Source: Anaeromyxobacteraceae bacterium (GTDB taxonomy: Bacteria > Myxococcota > Myxococcia > Myxococcales > Anaeromyxobacteraceae). Taken from it: a stretch of 64,000 nt of DNA. Shown here one piece after another: positions 46,576 through 56,937 of this stretch (position 1 is its first letter; the number at the start of each line of letters is the position of its first letter). The stretch is from contig JAULAX010000017.1 in the NCBI GenBank assembly GCA_032654565.1, positions 480,001 through 544,000 of the forward strand, written 5' to 3'. Both the position numbers and the translations under genes were made by a program. Under the pieces are notes generated by a model, which was not told the origin of the DNA, ran no database searches, and saw only the letters and a list, made by a program, of their open reading frames with translations.

Positions 46576-46695
46576 CCGACATGTCCGACCCGACATGTCC
46601 GGCACCGCCACCGCGGCACCGCCACTGGCACCGCCACTCCATGTCCGGCACCGCCATTCCGCCACTCCATGTCCGGCACCGCCATTCCGCCACTC
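46576..46695. repeat. Nested tandem repeats (28-bp unit x2.3; GGCACCGCCA x5)
   Basis: CCGCCACTCCATGTCCGGCACCGCCATT at 46631 and 46659; CCGACATGTCC at 46576 and 46590. Confidence 0.85.
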
Positions 46696-46969
46696 ACCTG
46701 GCCCGGTCCCCGCTGCCGCGCAGGCCGGGCGTGGGGCTCCGTGGCTCCTCGGCTGGTCGGCTCGGGTGGGTCTGTGTGCCCCCATGGGTCGCTGGGAGGT
46801 CAGCCTGGACCCGCCGGAAGGGGCGGCGCGGCCGAGGCGCAGGTGAAGGTCCTTCGATCCCCTGGTCGACAGCCATCCCTGCGGGGTTCGAAGATATTTC
46901 CTTGACCCTTTGGGTTGCACCTTCCCGGTCAGCGCCACGATCCGGACCATCCGCAAGGGCTCCAAGAGG

Positions 46970-46985
46970 GGGCACGCCAGTTGCT
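46970..46985 (+). promoter_or_regulatory. sigma54 (-24/-12) promoter of the sigma-factor gene
   Basis: GGGCACG-CCAG-TTGCT, with correct GG-N10-GC spacing. Confidence 0.7.
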
Positions 46986-47030
46986 TGTGGAGGTCCCGCC
47001 CCCGACGACGGGGCGCCGCCGGGAGACCAG

Positions 47031-47885
47031 ATGCCCTCCAAGGACCAGCCGCCCAGCCCCACCGCGCTCGACGCCTACCTGGCCGAGATCCGGCGCATCC
47101 CCCTGCTCAGCATCGACGAGGAGCAGGCCCTGGCCCGCCGCTTCCTCGAGGGGGACGGCCGCGCCGGCCACCAGCTGGTGGCCGCCAACCTGCGCTTCGT
47201 GGTCAAGGTGGCCTTCGAGTACCGGTCCTACGGCCTGCGCATGCCCGACCTGGTCCAGGAGGGGAACATCGGGCTGATGCGGGCGGTCCAGAAGTTCGAC
47301 CCCGACAAGCGGATCCGGCTCATCTCCTACGCCGTCTGGTGGATCCGGGCCTACATCCAGAACCACATCCTCCGCTCCTGGTCGCTGGTCAAGCTGGGGA
47401 CCACCCAGTCCCAGCGCAAGCTCTTCTTCTCGCTGGCGCGGGCCCGCCGCCAGCTGGAGCGGTCCGCCGACGAGCCGGGCGACAGCCGTGAGCTGGCCCG
47501 CTCGCTCTCGGTGAAACCATCGGAGGTGGAGGAGATGACGGCCCGGCTCGACGGTCGCGACCAGTCGCTCGACCAGCCCCTCGGAGACGACGGCGGCGCC
47601 ACCTTCGGCGACCGGCTCGCCACCGCCGCCCCGTCGGCGCACGACGAGCTGGCGGCGGCGCAGCAGCAGCAGCGGGTGGGGGCCGGGGTGCAGGCGGCGC
47701 TGGCCCGGCTCGACGTCCGCGAGCGGTTCATCATCGAGCAGCGGATCATGGCCGAGCCCCCCATGTCGCTCCGCGAGCTGGGCGATCACTTCGGCTTCTC
47801 GCGGGAGCGGGCCCGGCAGCTGGAGCTGCGGGCCACCGAGCGGCTGCGGCTGGAGCTGGCCGGGCTGGCGGCCGAGGCGGCCTGA
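47031..47885 (+). CDS. RNA polymerase sigma factor, sigma32/RpoH-like
   Basis: [35 protein letters not shown], RpoH-box-like [17 protein letters not shown]. Confidence 0.92.
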   Translation: MPSKDQPPSPTALDAYLAEIRRIPLLSIDEEQALARRFLEGDGRAGHQLVAANLRFVVKVAFEYRSYGLRMPDLVQEGNIGLMRAVQKFDPDKRIRLISYAVWWIRAYIQNHILRSWSLVKLGTTQSQRKLFFSLARARRQLERSADEPGDSRELARSLSVKPSEVEEMTARLDGRDQSLDQPLGDDGGATFGDRLATAAPSAHDELAAAQQQQRVGAGVQAALARLDVRERFIIEQRIMAEPPMSLRELGDHFGFSRERARQLELRATERLRLELAGLAAEAA

Positions 47886-47929
47886 CCCGAAGCGGCCGGA
47901 CCCAGGCGAGCGGGGTCCGGGGCTGCTCC

Positions 47930-48107
47930 AGAGCGCATCTCGTGACCCCCGGCCGTAGCGAGGCGAGCGAGGCCGAGCACCGAGCGGGGCACCCGACGAC
48001 CGAGCAGCGGAAGCGTGCTGGTGGCCCGCTGAGCAGCGCAGGGAGGAGGCTGCCCCGCGAATGCCGGCATCGTTCGCCGCAGTAGGCTGGGGGTTATGGG
48101 ATGTGCT

Positions 48108-48109
<2 letters not shown>
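47930..48109. mobile_element. Putative MITE-like element (about 180 bp) with imperfect 20-bp terminal inverted repeats
   Basis: Left end AGAGCGCATCTCGTGACCCC versus reverse complement of right end AGAGCACATCCCATAACCCC (16/20, all mismatches transitions). No transposase. Confidence 0.5.
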
Positions 48110-49495
<1,386 letters not shown>

Positions 49496-49499
<4 letters not shown>

Positions 49500-51001
49500 G
49501 CGGCCTGGTCGGCGCCGCGGGGCGCCGCGGACTCCTGGAGCGTCACGGTGAAGATGGTACCGCCTTCCGGCGGGCACCTATACCCGATGTGGCCGCCATG
49601 TTCCGCAACGATCCGCGCCGAGATGGCCAGCCCCAGCCCGTTCCCCTCCCGCTTGGTGGTGAAGAACGGCTTGAAGAGCTGCTCGCGCAGGTCGGCCGGG
49701 ATCCCCGGGCCGCTGTCGGCGATCTTCACGATCACCTGCCGGGCCTCGCCGCGCCGGGAGTCGACGCGGAGCACCCCGGGGCGCCCGCTCATGGCCTGCA
49801 CCGCGTTGAGGCAGATGTTGAGGAAGACCTGCTCCAGCTGCGAGGGGTCGGCCAGCACCCCGGGGAGGTCGGCGGCCAGGTTGGCCTCCACCTCCACCAT
49901 GGTGCCCCGGCACTGCTGCCGGATGAGGAAGAGCACCTTCTCCAGCGTGGCGTTCACCTCGGTGGAGCGGAGCTTGGCCTTGGGCGGGCGGGCGAAGGAG
50001 AGCAGGCTCTCCATGGTCTTGGTGAGCCGCTGCACCTGGTGGCGCATCTCGCCCACCACCTCGGCGTGGTGCGGGTTGGTGGCCAGATCCTCGGCCAGCA
50101 GCTCCAGCGCCCCGGAGAGACCGGCCAGCGGGTTCTTGATCTCGTGGGCCAGGCCGGTGGCCACCTCCCCGACGGCGGCGAAGCGGTCGGCCCGGACCAT
50201 CCGCTCCTGGTAGAAGGCCTCCAGCTCGGCCTGGCTGCGGCGCAGCGCCGCCAGCGTGGCGTCGAAGCCGCGGGCCGCCACCCCCAGCTCGTCGGTCCGG
50301 CCCTCGTCGGCCACCACCGTCAGCTCGCCGGCCTCGGCGCGCCGCATGGCCGCCACCAGCCGCTGCAGCGGCCCGATGGCCTCCCGCCCCAGCAGCCAGA
50401 GGGCGATGCCCAGCAGGGCCACCAGGGCGGCGCCCGCCGAGAGGGCCAGGGTGCCGGCCAGCTCCCGCTTGGCCTCGACCACCGGGTCCCTCGAGAAGCG
50501 CAGCTCCAGCCAGCCCCGGACCGTGGCCGTCCCCTCGTGGCAGCGGTTGCAGGAGGTGGCGCTGACGATGGGCTGGATGACCGCGTATTCGTTCGCGGCG
50601 CCACCCGGCTCGGCCACCACCGTGGTCTCCGCGAAGCGGTCGGGCCGGCCCCACGGGCGGGCCCCCACGTACCCCGGATGGGAGGAGATGGAGACCTGCC
50701 CGCTCGGCGCGATCAGCGAGGCGGAGAGCAGGTCGCTGCGATGCGACACCAGCGACTCGAGCAGCTGCGGCACCGCCTGGGGCTGGCCGGAGAGCATGAC
50801 GTTGGAGACCCCGGTCGCCACCATGTGGGCGAAGATCTCGGAGCGCTCCTGCCGGCCCCGCTCCATCCCCGAGCCATAGGACTGGACCGCGCCCACCACC
50901 ATGGCCGTCAAGGTCAGGCCGAAGAGGACCGCGGTGGGGATGAGGATGCGGGCGCGAAGGCTGGCGTCGAGCCGTCCGAAGAGCGATCTCAGGGTAGGCA
51001 T
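49496..51001 (-). CDS. Sensor histidine kinase with periplasmic CxxCH motif and HAMP domain
   Basis: Two TM helices flank a domain containing SCNRCHEG; HAMP (DELG); AHEIKNPL; N box, DSGPG, FFTTK, GLGL. Confidence 0.95.
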
Positions 51002-51096
51002 CCCGGGGTTGAGCTGAAGCGAGTTCCGCCATCATCCCAGAGACACCAACCCGTTGGAAGCGACCCGTCGTCGACGCCAGATTCCTCCAGACCAAA

Positions 51097-51133
51097 CGGG
51101 TGAAAACACGCAGCCCTTGCGTGATTTCACCCC
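51097..51133. promoter_or_regulatory. Putative enhancer (bEBP binding sites), inverted repeat
   Basis: GGGTGAAAACACGCA-GCCCT-TGCGTGATTTCACCC, about 140-180 bp upstream of the sigma54 site. Confidence 0.55.
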
Positions 51134-51273
51134 GCCGGCGCCGATCCGGCGAAACCGGTGCGCCAACCGCCCGGAGCGACAAATCGCCGCGGAACCCCGC
51201 AAAGGCCGCCCATCCCCGCGTGGCGTCACGATCCGCCGCCGCCCGGAGCCACGCAGTCCCTACGGGGACTTAG

Positions 51274-51289
51274 CGGCACCCGGCTTGCA
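51274..51289 (+). promoter_or_regulatory. sigma54 promoter of the cytochrome cluster
   Basis: CGGCAC-CCGGC-TTGCA (GG-N10-GC). Confidence 0.7.
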
Positions 51290-51340
51290 CAAGGGGCGCT
51301 GCACAGTTCCGCCAATTTAGGTCACCGCCTGGACGGAGAG

Positions 51341-53068
51341 ATGAATCCCGTGCCCGTGAGATCTGCCAAGAGCCCCGCTCCGCTCCTCCCCGCCGCCCGC
51401 CTGGTGGTCCTCCTCGCCGTGTCGCTGGTGCTCGCGCCCGGGGCCCTGGCCCAGGCGACACCCCCGCCCGCCAAGGCGCCGGCCGTTGCCAAGGCCGCCG
51501 CCGCCCGGGAGGTCCCGCTGCCGCCGCCGCCGGTCCTCCGCGACGGCACCGTAGTCGCCCCGTCCGCCACCCCCACCTCCGCCGCGGCCCCGGAGCGCTG
51601 CGCCAGCTGCCACGCCGCGGTCAGCGCCAAGCGCTACATCCACCCCTCGCTGCTGAAGAACGACTGCACCGCCTGCCACCGCCCGGCCCCGGCCGAGAAG
51701 GGGAAGTGCCAGTCCCGGACCGCCACCAAGTGGTCGCTGGTCAAGACCGAGCCGGACCTCTGCTACGGCTGCCACAAGCGGATGGACCAGTCGAAGTCGG
51801 TCCACACCGCGGTCCGCCAGGGCTCCTGCCTCTCCTGCCACGCCGCCCACTCCTCCAACTACCCGAAGCTGATCATCCTCCCCCGGGAGAAGCTCTGCCT
51901 GGAGTGCCACGAGGTGGAGCCGCTGCTGGCCAAGGCGGTCCGCCACGCCCCGGTCGCCGAGGGTCGCTGCCTCGACTGCCACGACCCCCACGGCAGCGCC
52001 AACCCCAACCTGATCAGCGCCACCGGCACCGCCGCCTGCCAGAAGTGCCACGACGCCAAGGCGCCCACGGGCAAGGGCACGCCGGGCGCCGGCTACCGGG
52101 TGGACCTGTCGAAGCCGGTGGTCCACAAGGTGATCACCCAGAAGAACGACTGCGGCGCCTGCCACGAGGTCGGCCACTCCGGCGACAACCTCAAGCTGCT
52201 CAAGCGGGGCGGCCTCGACCTCTGCTACGGCTGCCACGAGCGGCAGGACAAGGCCAGGCACCCGCACACCGCCGTCATCGCCGGTGACTGCGCCGTCTGC
52301 CACGACCCGCACAGCTCCGAGAGGCCCAAGCTGCTGGCCGCCGCCACGCCGGCCGGCACCTGCTTCACCTGCCACCAGGACGACCTGACTGGCCGCGCCG
52401 TGATCCACAAGCCCCTGGAGAAGGGGTGCGACCAGTGCCACCTCTCCCACGGCGGCCCCAACCGGAACCTGCTCAAGGGCGGCGAGGGCAAGAAGGCCTG
52501 CCTGGCCTGCCACCAGACGCCGGTCGACGCCGGCAAGGTGAAGCACGCGGCGCTGGAGCGGTACGGCTGCACCGGCTGCCACGACCCGCACGGCACCGCC
52601 AACCGCTTCCTGCTGCCCAAGAAGACCAACGAGCTCTGCGCCGGCTGCCACGAGGGTCAGAAGGACGGAAAGCACGTCTCCACCATCCTGGCGCGCGGCC
52701 ACACCGTGGGCCGGCCCGACCTGGTGGACCCGCGCAAGCCCGACCGGCCCTTCTCCTGCACCTCCTGCCACAACCCGCACGGCTCCGACTTCCCCAACTT
52801 CTTCTACGTGGGGAGCACGCAGATGGAGTCCTGCGACGGCTGCCACGGCGACAAGACCGGCAAGAACCCGGCGCTCAAGAACATCATCTCGCGGTCGAAG
52901 CGGCCGGGCGTCGATCCGGCCTCCGGCACGGCCGGCGGTGGCTCCGGTGGCGCGGGCTCCGGCGGCGCCGGCTCGGGCGGCGCCGGCGGCTCGGGGTCGG
53001 GCGCAGGCGCAGGGACGGGCTCCGGTTCGGGCTCGGGCAGCGGCGACGCCGTGCCTCCGCCGCGCTAG
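51341..53068 (+). CDS. Secreted multiheme cytochrome c, 17 CxxCH motifs, Gly/Ser-rich tail
   Basis: Signal peptide ending APGALA; 17 CxxCH counted by eye in paired-CxxCH repeats (CxxCHDPH...LL...CxxCH). Confidence 0.93.
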   Translation: MNPVPVRSAKSPAPLLPAARLVVLLAVSLVLAPGALAQATPPPAKAPAVAKAAAAREVPLPPPPVLRDGTVVAPSATPTSAAAPERCASCHAAVSAKRYIHPSLLKNDCTACHRPAPAEKGKCQSRTATKWSLVKTEPDLCYGCHKRMDQSKSVHTAVRQGSCLSCHAAHSSNYPKLIILPREKLCLECHEVEPLLAKAVRHAPVAEGRCLDCHDPHGSANPNLISATGTAACQKCHDAKAPTGKGTPGAGYRVDLSKPVVHKVITQKNDCGACHEVGHSGDNLKLLKRGGLDLCYGCHERQDKARHPHTAVIAGDCAVCHDPHSSERPKLLAAATPAGTCFTCHQDDLTGRAVIHKPLEKGCDQCHLSHGGPNRNLLKGGEGKKACLACHQTPVDAGKVKHAALERYGCTGCHDPHGTANRFLLPKKTNELCAGCHEGQKDGKHVSTILARGHTVGRPDLVDPRKPDRPFSCTSCHNPHGSDFPNFFYVGSTQMESCDGCHGDKTGKNPALKNIISRSKRPGVDPASGTAGGGSGGAGSGGAGSGGAGGSGSGAGAGTGSGSGSGSGDAVPPPR

Positions 53069-53121
53069 GTTAGGGTCGCCCCACTTCCGGCCGCGGCCAC
53101 ACGTCTTCGAGGAGGACCACC

Positions 53122-54735
53122 TTGGGCTTCACCCTGCTGCTCTCGCTGCTGCTGGCCGCGGCTCCCGCCGACGGCGCCGCGGTGGCCACCGTCGACGGCG
53201 TCACCATCTCGGCCAGGGCGCTGCAGGCTCGCCAGGAGGGACACCGCCAGCGAGGCGACCAGGTGGGGGCGGAGGCGGTGGCGCAGAGCCTGGTCGACGA
53301 GGTGCTGCTGGCCGCCGAGGCGGAGCGGCGGAAGCTGGCCCTCCCCCCCGACCTGGCCGCGCAGGTCGAGGAGGCCCGCCGGCGCATCGCCGGCCGGCGC
53401 CACGCCGAGGCCCTCCTCGATCGCCTGGTGCCCGACGAGGCCCAGCTCCAGGAGACCTTCCACCTCAATGCCGACTCGGCGCAGTTCAAGCTGCTGGTCT
53501 TCACCTCGAAGGCGGCCGGCGAGGCGGCCCGGGCGCGGCTGGCCACAGGGGGCTCCTTCGCCGAGGAGGCGAAGCACTCGCTCCACCAGGAGTCGGCCCG
53601 CAACGGCGGTGACATGGGGGTGCGCAACCGCGGCGCCCTCGCCGACGACCTGGCCGCCGTGGTCTTCGCGGCGCCGCTCGACCAGCTGCACGGCCCGGTC
53701 CCCCTCCAGCTCGGCTTCGCGGTGGTGCAGGTGAGCGCCCGGACCATCGGCACCCAGGCCGAGTTCCAGGCCCGCCGGCCGAAGGTGCTGGAGTTCGCCC
53801 GCCAGCAGCTGCGCGGCGCCGGCAAGAAGCACCTGCTGCAGCAGCTCCGGGCCCGCGACCAGGTGAAGCTGGACGAGCCCTTCCTCGGCTCCACCGGCAG
53901 CTCGATGGACCTGGCCCAGGGCGACAAGGTGATCGCCACCGTGGCCGGAACACCGCTGCGCTACCGCGAGCTGCTGGACTACGTGAACGAGGTCTTCAAG
54001 GGGCGCCCGCAGGGGCACGCCTTCGGCCCCTCGGTGAAGGTGGAGATGGCCTGGGCCATGATCGACGCCCGGCTGCTGGAGGCCGACGCGGGCAAGGCCG
54101 GCGTCGACCGGTCGCCGGAGGTGGTCGCCGAGCTGGCGCCGCTGCGGCGCGAGGCCCTGGCGGCGGCGCTCACGGTGGCGATCCGCAGCGCCATCCCCGC
54201 GCCCGGGGAGGCGGAGCTGGCGACCTGGTACCAGGCCCACCGGAAGGAGTACCGGGTGGCCGCCGCCCGCCCCTGCCGCGTCATCGTGGTGCAGACGGCC
54301 GAGGCCGCCGGCGCCGCCCGCCGCCGGATCGGGGGGGGCGAGCCGTTCGAGGCGGTGGCCCGGGCGGTCAGCCTCGACACCGCCAACGCCGGTCGTGGCG
54401 GCGACCTGGGCGAGGTCTCCTTCGACACCCTGGCCGGCATGGAGCGCGACCCGGCCCAGGCGGCGCTGGCCAGGGCCATCCGCGCCGCCCCGGCCGGCGA
54501 GCTGTCCGGGCCGGTCCCGGCCGGCGGGGCCCAGTATCTCTTCCGCTGCGAGGCGGTCCGCCCGGAGCGGGAGCGGCCGCTCGCCGAGGTGCGCGCCGAG
54601 GTGGCGGCGCGCGCCCGGGGCGAGGCCGGCCAGCGCGCCCTCGAGGCCACGCTGGCCCGGCTCCGCGCCGGGGCCAGGATCTCCATCGACCGCGAGGCGG
54701 CGCTGCGGGCCGCACCGTCGCCGCACGCGCCGTGA
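53122..54735 (+). CDS. Secreted parvulin/PpiC-type peptidyl-prolyl isomerase with two rotamase domains
   Basis: SD GAGGAGG then TTG start; signal peptide; FAEEAKHSL...NGGDMG and FEAVARAVSLD...RGGDLG. Confidence 0.85.
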   Translation: MGFTLLLSLLLAAAPADGAAVATVDGVTISARALQARQEGHRQRGDQVGAEAVAQSLVDEVLLAAEAERRKLALPPDLAAQVEEARRRIAGRRHAEALLDRLVPDEAQLQETFHLNADSAQFKLLVFTSKAAGEAARARLATGGSFAEEAKHSLHQESARNGGDMGVRNRGALADDLAAVVFAAPLDQLHGPVPLQLGFAVVQVSARTIGTQAEFQARRPKVLEFARQQLRGAGKKHLLQQLRARDQVKLDEPFLGSTGSSMDLAQGDKVIATVAGTPLRYRELLDYVNEVFKGRPQGHAFGPSVKVEMAWAMIDARLLEADAGKAGVDRSPEVVAELAPLRREALAAALTVAIRSAIPAPGEAELATWYQAHRKEYRVAAARPCRVIVVQTAEAAGAARRRIGGGEPFEAVARAVSLDTANAGRGGDLGEVSFDTLAGMERDPAQAALARAIRAAPAGELSGPVPAGGAQYLFRCEAVRPERERPLAEVRAEVAARARGEAGQRALEATLARLRAGARISIDREAALRAAPSPHAP

Positions 54736-54764
54736 CCGCTTCACGCCACGCCAGGAGCCGAACC

Positions 54765-55853
54765 ATGCCGTCCTCACTCCGCAACGCCACCCTCCTCGCC
54801 CTCGCCCTCGCCGCCGGCTGCGCCGGGGCCCCGGCCAAGAGGGTCGAGGTGCGGTGGCCGCCCGAGCCGGACGTGGCCCGCATCCGCTTCGTCAAGGCCA
54901 TCACCTCCGGGGCCGACGTGGAGACCTCCTCCTGGACCGCCTTCCAGCGGGCGCTGCTCGGCACCCAGCCGATCGGCTTCCGGCAGCCCACCGGCCTGGC
55001 GGTGTCGGCGGACGGGCAGCAGCTCTACCTGACCGACCAGACCACCGGGCAGGTGCTCCGCTTCGACTTCAAGCTCGGGACCGCCGAGCCCTTCGCCGGG
55101 GACATCGGCTTCGCCCAGCCCTTCGGCGTCGCCCTCGACGAGGCCGGCAACGTCCTGGTGAGCGAGCCGCCGGCCCGTCGGGTCCGGGTCTTCTCACCCA
55201 CCGGCCAGCTGCTGCGCGAGTTCGGCGGCGAGGCGGAGCGCCCCACGGGCCTGGCCGTCGACGCCAAGCGGCAGCTGGTCTACGTGGCCGACGGCTCCTT
55301 CCCCGGCTCGCAGAACCACCGGGTGCTGGTCTACAGCCTGGCGGGCAAGCTGCTGCGGACCATCGGGAGCCGCGGCACCGCCCCCGGGGAGTTCAACTTC
55401 CCCTCCTACCTGGCGCTCGACGGGGATGGGAACCTCTTCGTGGTGGACACGCTCAACTTCCGGGTCCAGGTCTTCGATCCGGAGGGGAAGGTGGTCCGGT
55501 TCTTCGGCCAGGCCGGCGACGGGGTCGGCAGCCTGGCCCGACCCAAGGGCGTGGCCGTCGACCGGCGCGGCATCACCTACGTGGTCGACTCCGACACCGC
55601 CCGGGTCCAGCTCTTCGACGCCCGCAGCCAGCTGCTCATGGCCTTCGGCGGCGCCGCCAGCCTGCTCGAGTACTTCGAGCGCCCCGCCCCCATCGCCATC
55701 GACCGGGCCGGCAGGTTCATCTACGTGGGCGACCAGGGGACCACCTTGCCCCGGATCAACGTCTACGAGTTCCTGGAGCAGGGCGATCCGGTTCCCGCCG
55801 AGCCCCGGCCTGCAGGGCCTCCTGCCGCTCCGGTCGGCCCCGCCAAGCAGTGA
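54765..55853 (+). CDS. NHL-repeat beta-propeller lipoprotein
   Basis: Lipobox LAAG-C; WPPEP...RIRF; repeats QPTGLAV, QPFGVAL, RPTGLAV, FNFPSYLAL, RPKGVAV. Confidence 0.9.
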   Translation: MPSSLRNATLLALALAAGCAGAPAKRVEVRWPPEPDVARIRFVKAITSGADVETSSWTAFQRALLGTQPIGFRQPTGLAVSADGQQLYLTDQTTGQVLRFDFKLGTAEPFAGDIGFAQPFGVALDEAGNVLVSEPPARRVRVFSPTGQLLREFGGEAERPTGLAVDAKRQLVYVADGSFPGSQNHRVLVYSLAGKLLRTIGSRGTAPGEFNFPSYLALDGDGNLFVVDTLNFRVQVFDPEGKVVRFFGQAGDGVGSLARPKGVAVDRRGITYVVDSDTARVQLFDARSQLLMAFGGAASLLEYFERPAPIAIDRAGRFIYVGDQGTTLPRINVYEFLEQGDPVPAEPRPAGPPAAPVGPAKQ

Positions 55854-55864
55854 AGTCCACCTGG

Positions 55865-55902
55865 CGTGGGGCAGATGCCCCACGGCTGGGTGTTCGACCC
55901 CA
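55865..55902. promoter_or_regulatory. Palindromic sites upstream of the omcE-like promoter (candidate enhancer or hairpin)
   Basis: TGGGGCAGATGCCCCA at 55867 and TGGGTGTTCGACCCCA at 55887. Confidence 0.45.
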
Positions 55903-55953
55903 ATCGGGCCTGAGGCAGCGGTCAAAAAGCCCAACGATCCCGAGCAGCAAGGC

Positions 55954-55969
55954 TGGCATCCGGGTTGCT
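55954..55969 (+). promoter_or_regulatory. sigma54 promoter of the omcE-like gene
   Basis: TGGCAT-CCGGG-TTGCT (GG-N10-GC). Confidence 0.75.
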
Positions 55970-56096
55970 TAGGCAAGGGACACCACAATCATCGCGGCCT
56001 GCACGGCGCTCACGCGGCAACGGTCCGGGCGGGAGTCACCTGCCTCTCGGCCCGGTCAACCGGGGGCTGACCCCGACCAACGGAGGAAGTACTTTC

Positions 56097-56819
56097 ATGC
56101 GCAACGCCCTCAAGGTTCTCTTCGTGGTGGCCCTCGCCATCCCCACCCTGGCCTCGGCCGTCATCCTCAACACCAAGCACGACCTGAGCGCGGGCAGCAC
56201 CGCCGCGGTCAAGTTCAACGTCACCGTCTCCAGCTGCGAGTTCTGCCACGTGGTCCACAACGCGGCCACGCAGACGGCGCTCTGGGCCCGGTCGGCCGGG
56301 ACCGGCACCGGCTACGCCGTCGGCACCACCACCGCCGGGACGACCCTGCCGACCACCGTCAACAGCGAGAACTCGAAGTGCATGGGCTGCCACGACGGCA
56401 CGGTGGCGCTGAACCAGGTCGTGACCGCCAAGTTCCCGTCTGGCACGATCCTCGCCGGCTCCTACACCGGGACGAACGGGCTGGTGAGCGCCACCAACAT
56501 GCTCACCTCCACCTCGACCGCCCAGTTCGGATCCCTGCAGGGGCAGCACCCGGTCGGCGTGCCGTATCCCGGTTCGACCGCCTACACGATCGTCTCCGCG
56601 GCCGTCACCTCTGGCTACAACACCCCGACCGCCACCGGTTGCACCAGCGGCGGCGCCTGCCTCTCCGGCGCCACCGAGGGGGCGAAGATCAAGCTGTTCG
56701 GCGCCGCTGGCACCTATTCCGTGGAGTGCGCCTCCTGCCACGAGCCGCACGACAACACCAACACCAAGTTCCTGCGGACCACCACCGCCAACCGCTGCGC
56801 CTCCTGCCACATCAAGTAA
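56097..56819 (+). CDS. omcE: Tetraheme cytochrome c, OmcE (nanowire subunit) homolog
   Basis: SD GGAGG; signal peptide; ILNTKHDLSAGST, CEFCHVVHNA...LWAR, CMGCHDG, HPV, ECASCHEPHDNT..KFLRTT...CASCHIK. Motif order and the ~240-aa length match G. sulfurreducens OmcE as recalled. Confidence 0.85.
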   Translation: MRNALKVLFVVALAIPTLASAVILNTKHDLSAGSTAAVKFNVTVSSCEFCHVVHNAATQTALWARSAGTGTGYAVGTTTAGTTLPTTVNSENSKCMGCHDGTVALNQVVTAKFPSGTILAGSYTGTNGLVSATNMLTSTSTAQFGSLQGQHPVGVPYPGSTAYTIVSAAVTSGYNTPTATGCTSGGACLSGATEGAKIKLFGAAGTYSVECASCHEPHDNTNTKFLRTTTANRCASCHIK

Positions 56820-56832
56820 CTGCTTGACCCGG

Positions 56833-56865
56833 GCCCGGGGCGCCACACGGCGTCCCGGGCTTTTT
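56833..56865 (+). terminator. Intrinsic terminator after the omcE-like gene
   Basis: GCCCGGGGCGCC-ACAC-GGCGTCCCGGGC-TTTTT. Confidence 0.85.
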
Positions 56866-56937
56866 GCCACGCCCCCCCGCCACAATCCGCGAGATGTCGT
56901 CGCACCCCCTACCCCTTCCACCCGCCCAGGTCCCCCC

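Noticed and set aside
46576..46695. Possible CRISPR array
   Set aside because: The repeats are directly adjacent with no unique spacers, and there are no cas genes.
45969..47885. 638-aa sigma factor with a long N-terminal extension
   Set aside because: The extension crosses an opposite-strand gene and repeats. The sigma54 promoter and SD support a start at 47031.
52921..53050. GGC/TCC-rich repeat as a separate DNA element
   Set aside because: It is the in-frame Gly/Ser tail of the 17-heme cytochrome.
55854..56096. GEMM-I (c-di-GMP/cGAMP) riboswitch, as found upstream of some Geobacter cytochrome genes
   Set aside because: I could not find the GNRA tetraloop/receptor two-hairpin pattern by eye. 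The region is explained by a sigma54 promoter. An Infernal search with the c-di-GMP-I model would settle it.
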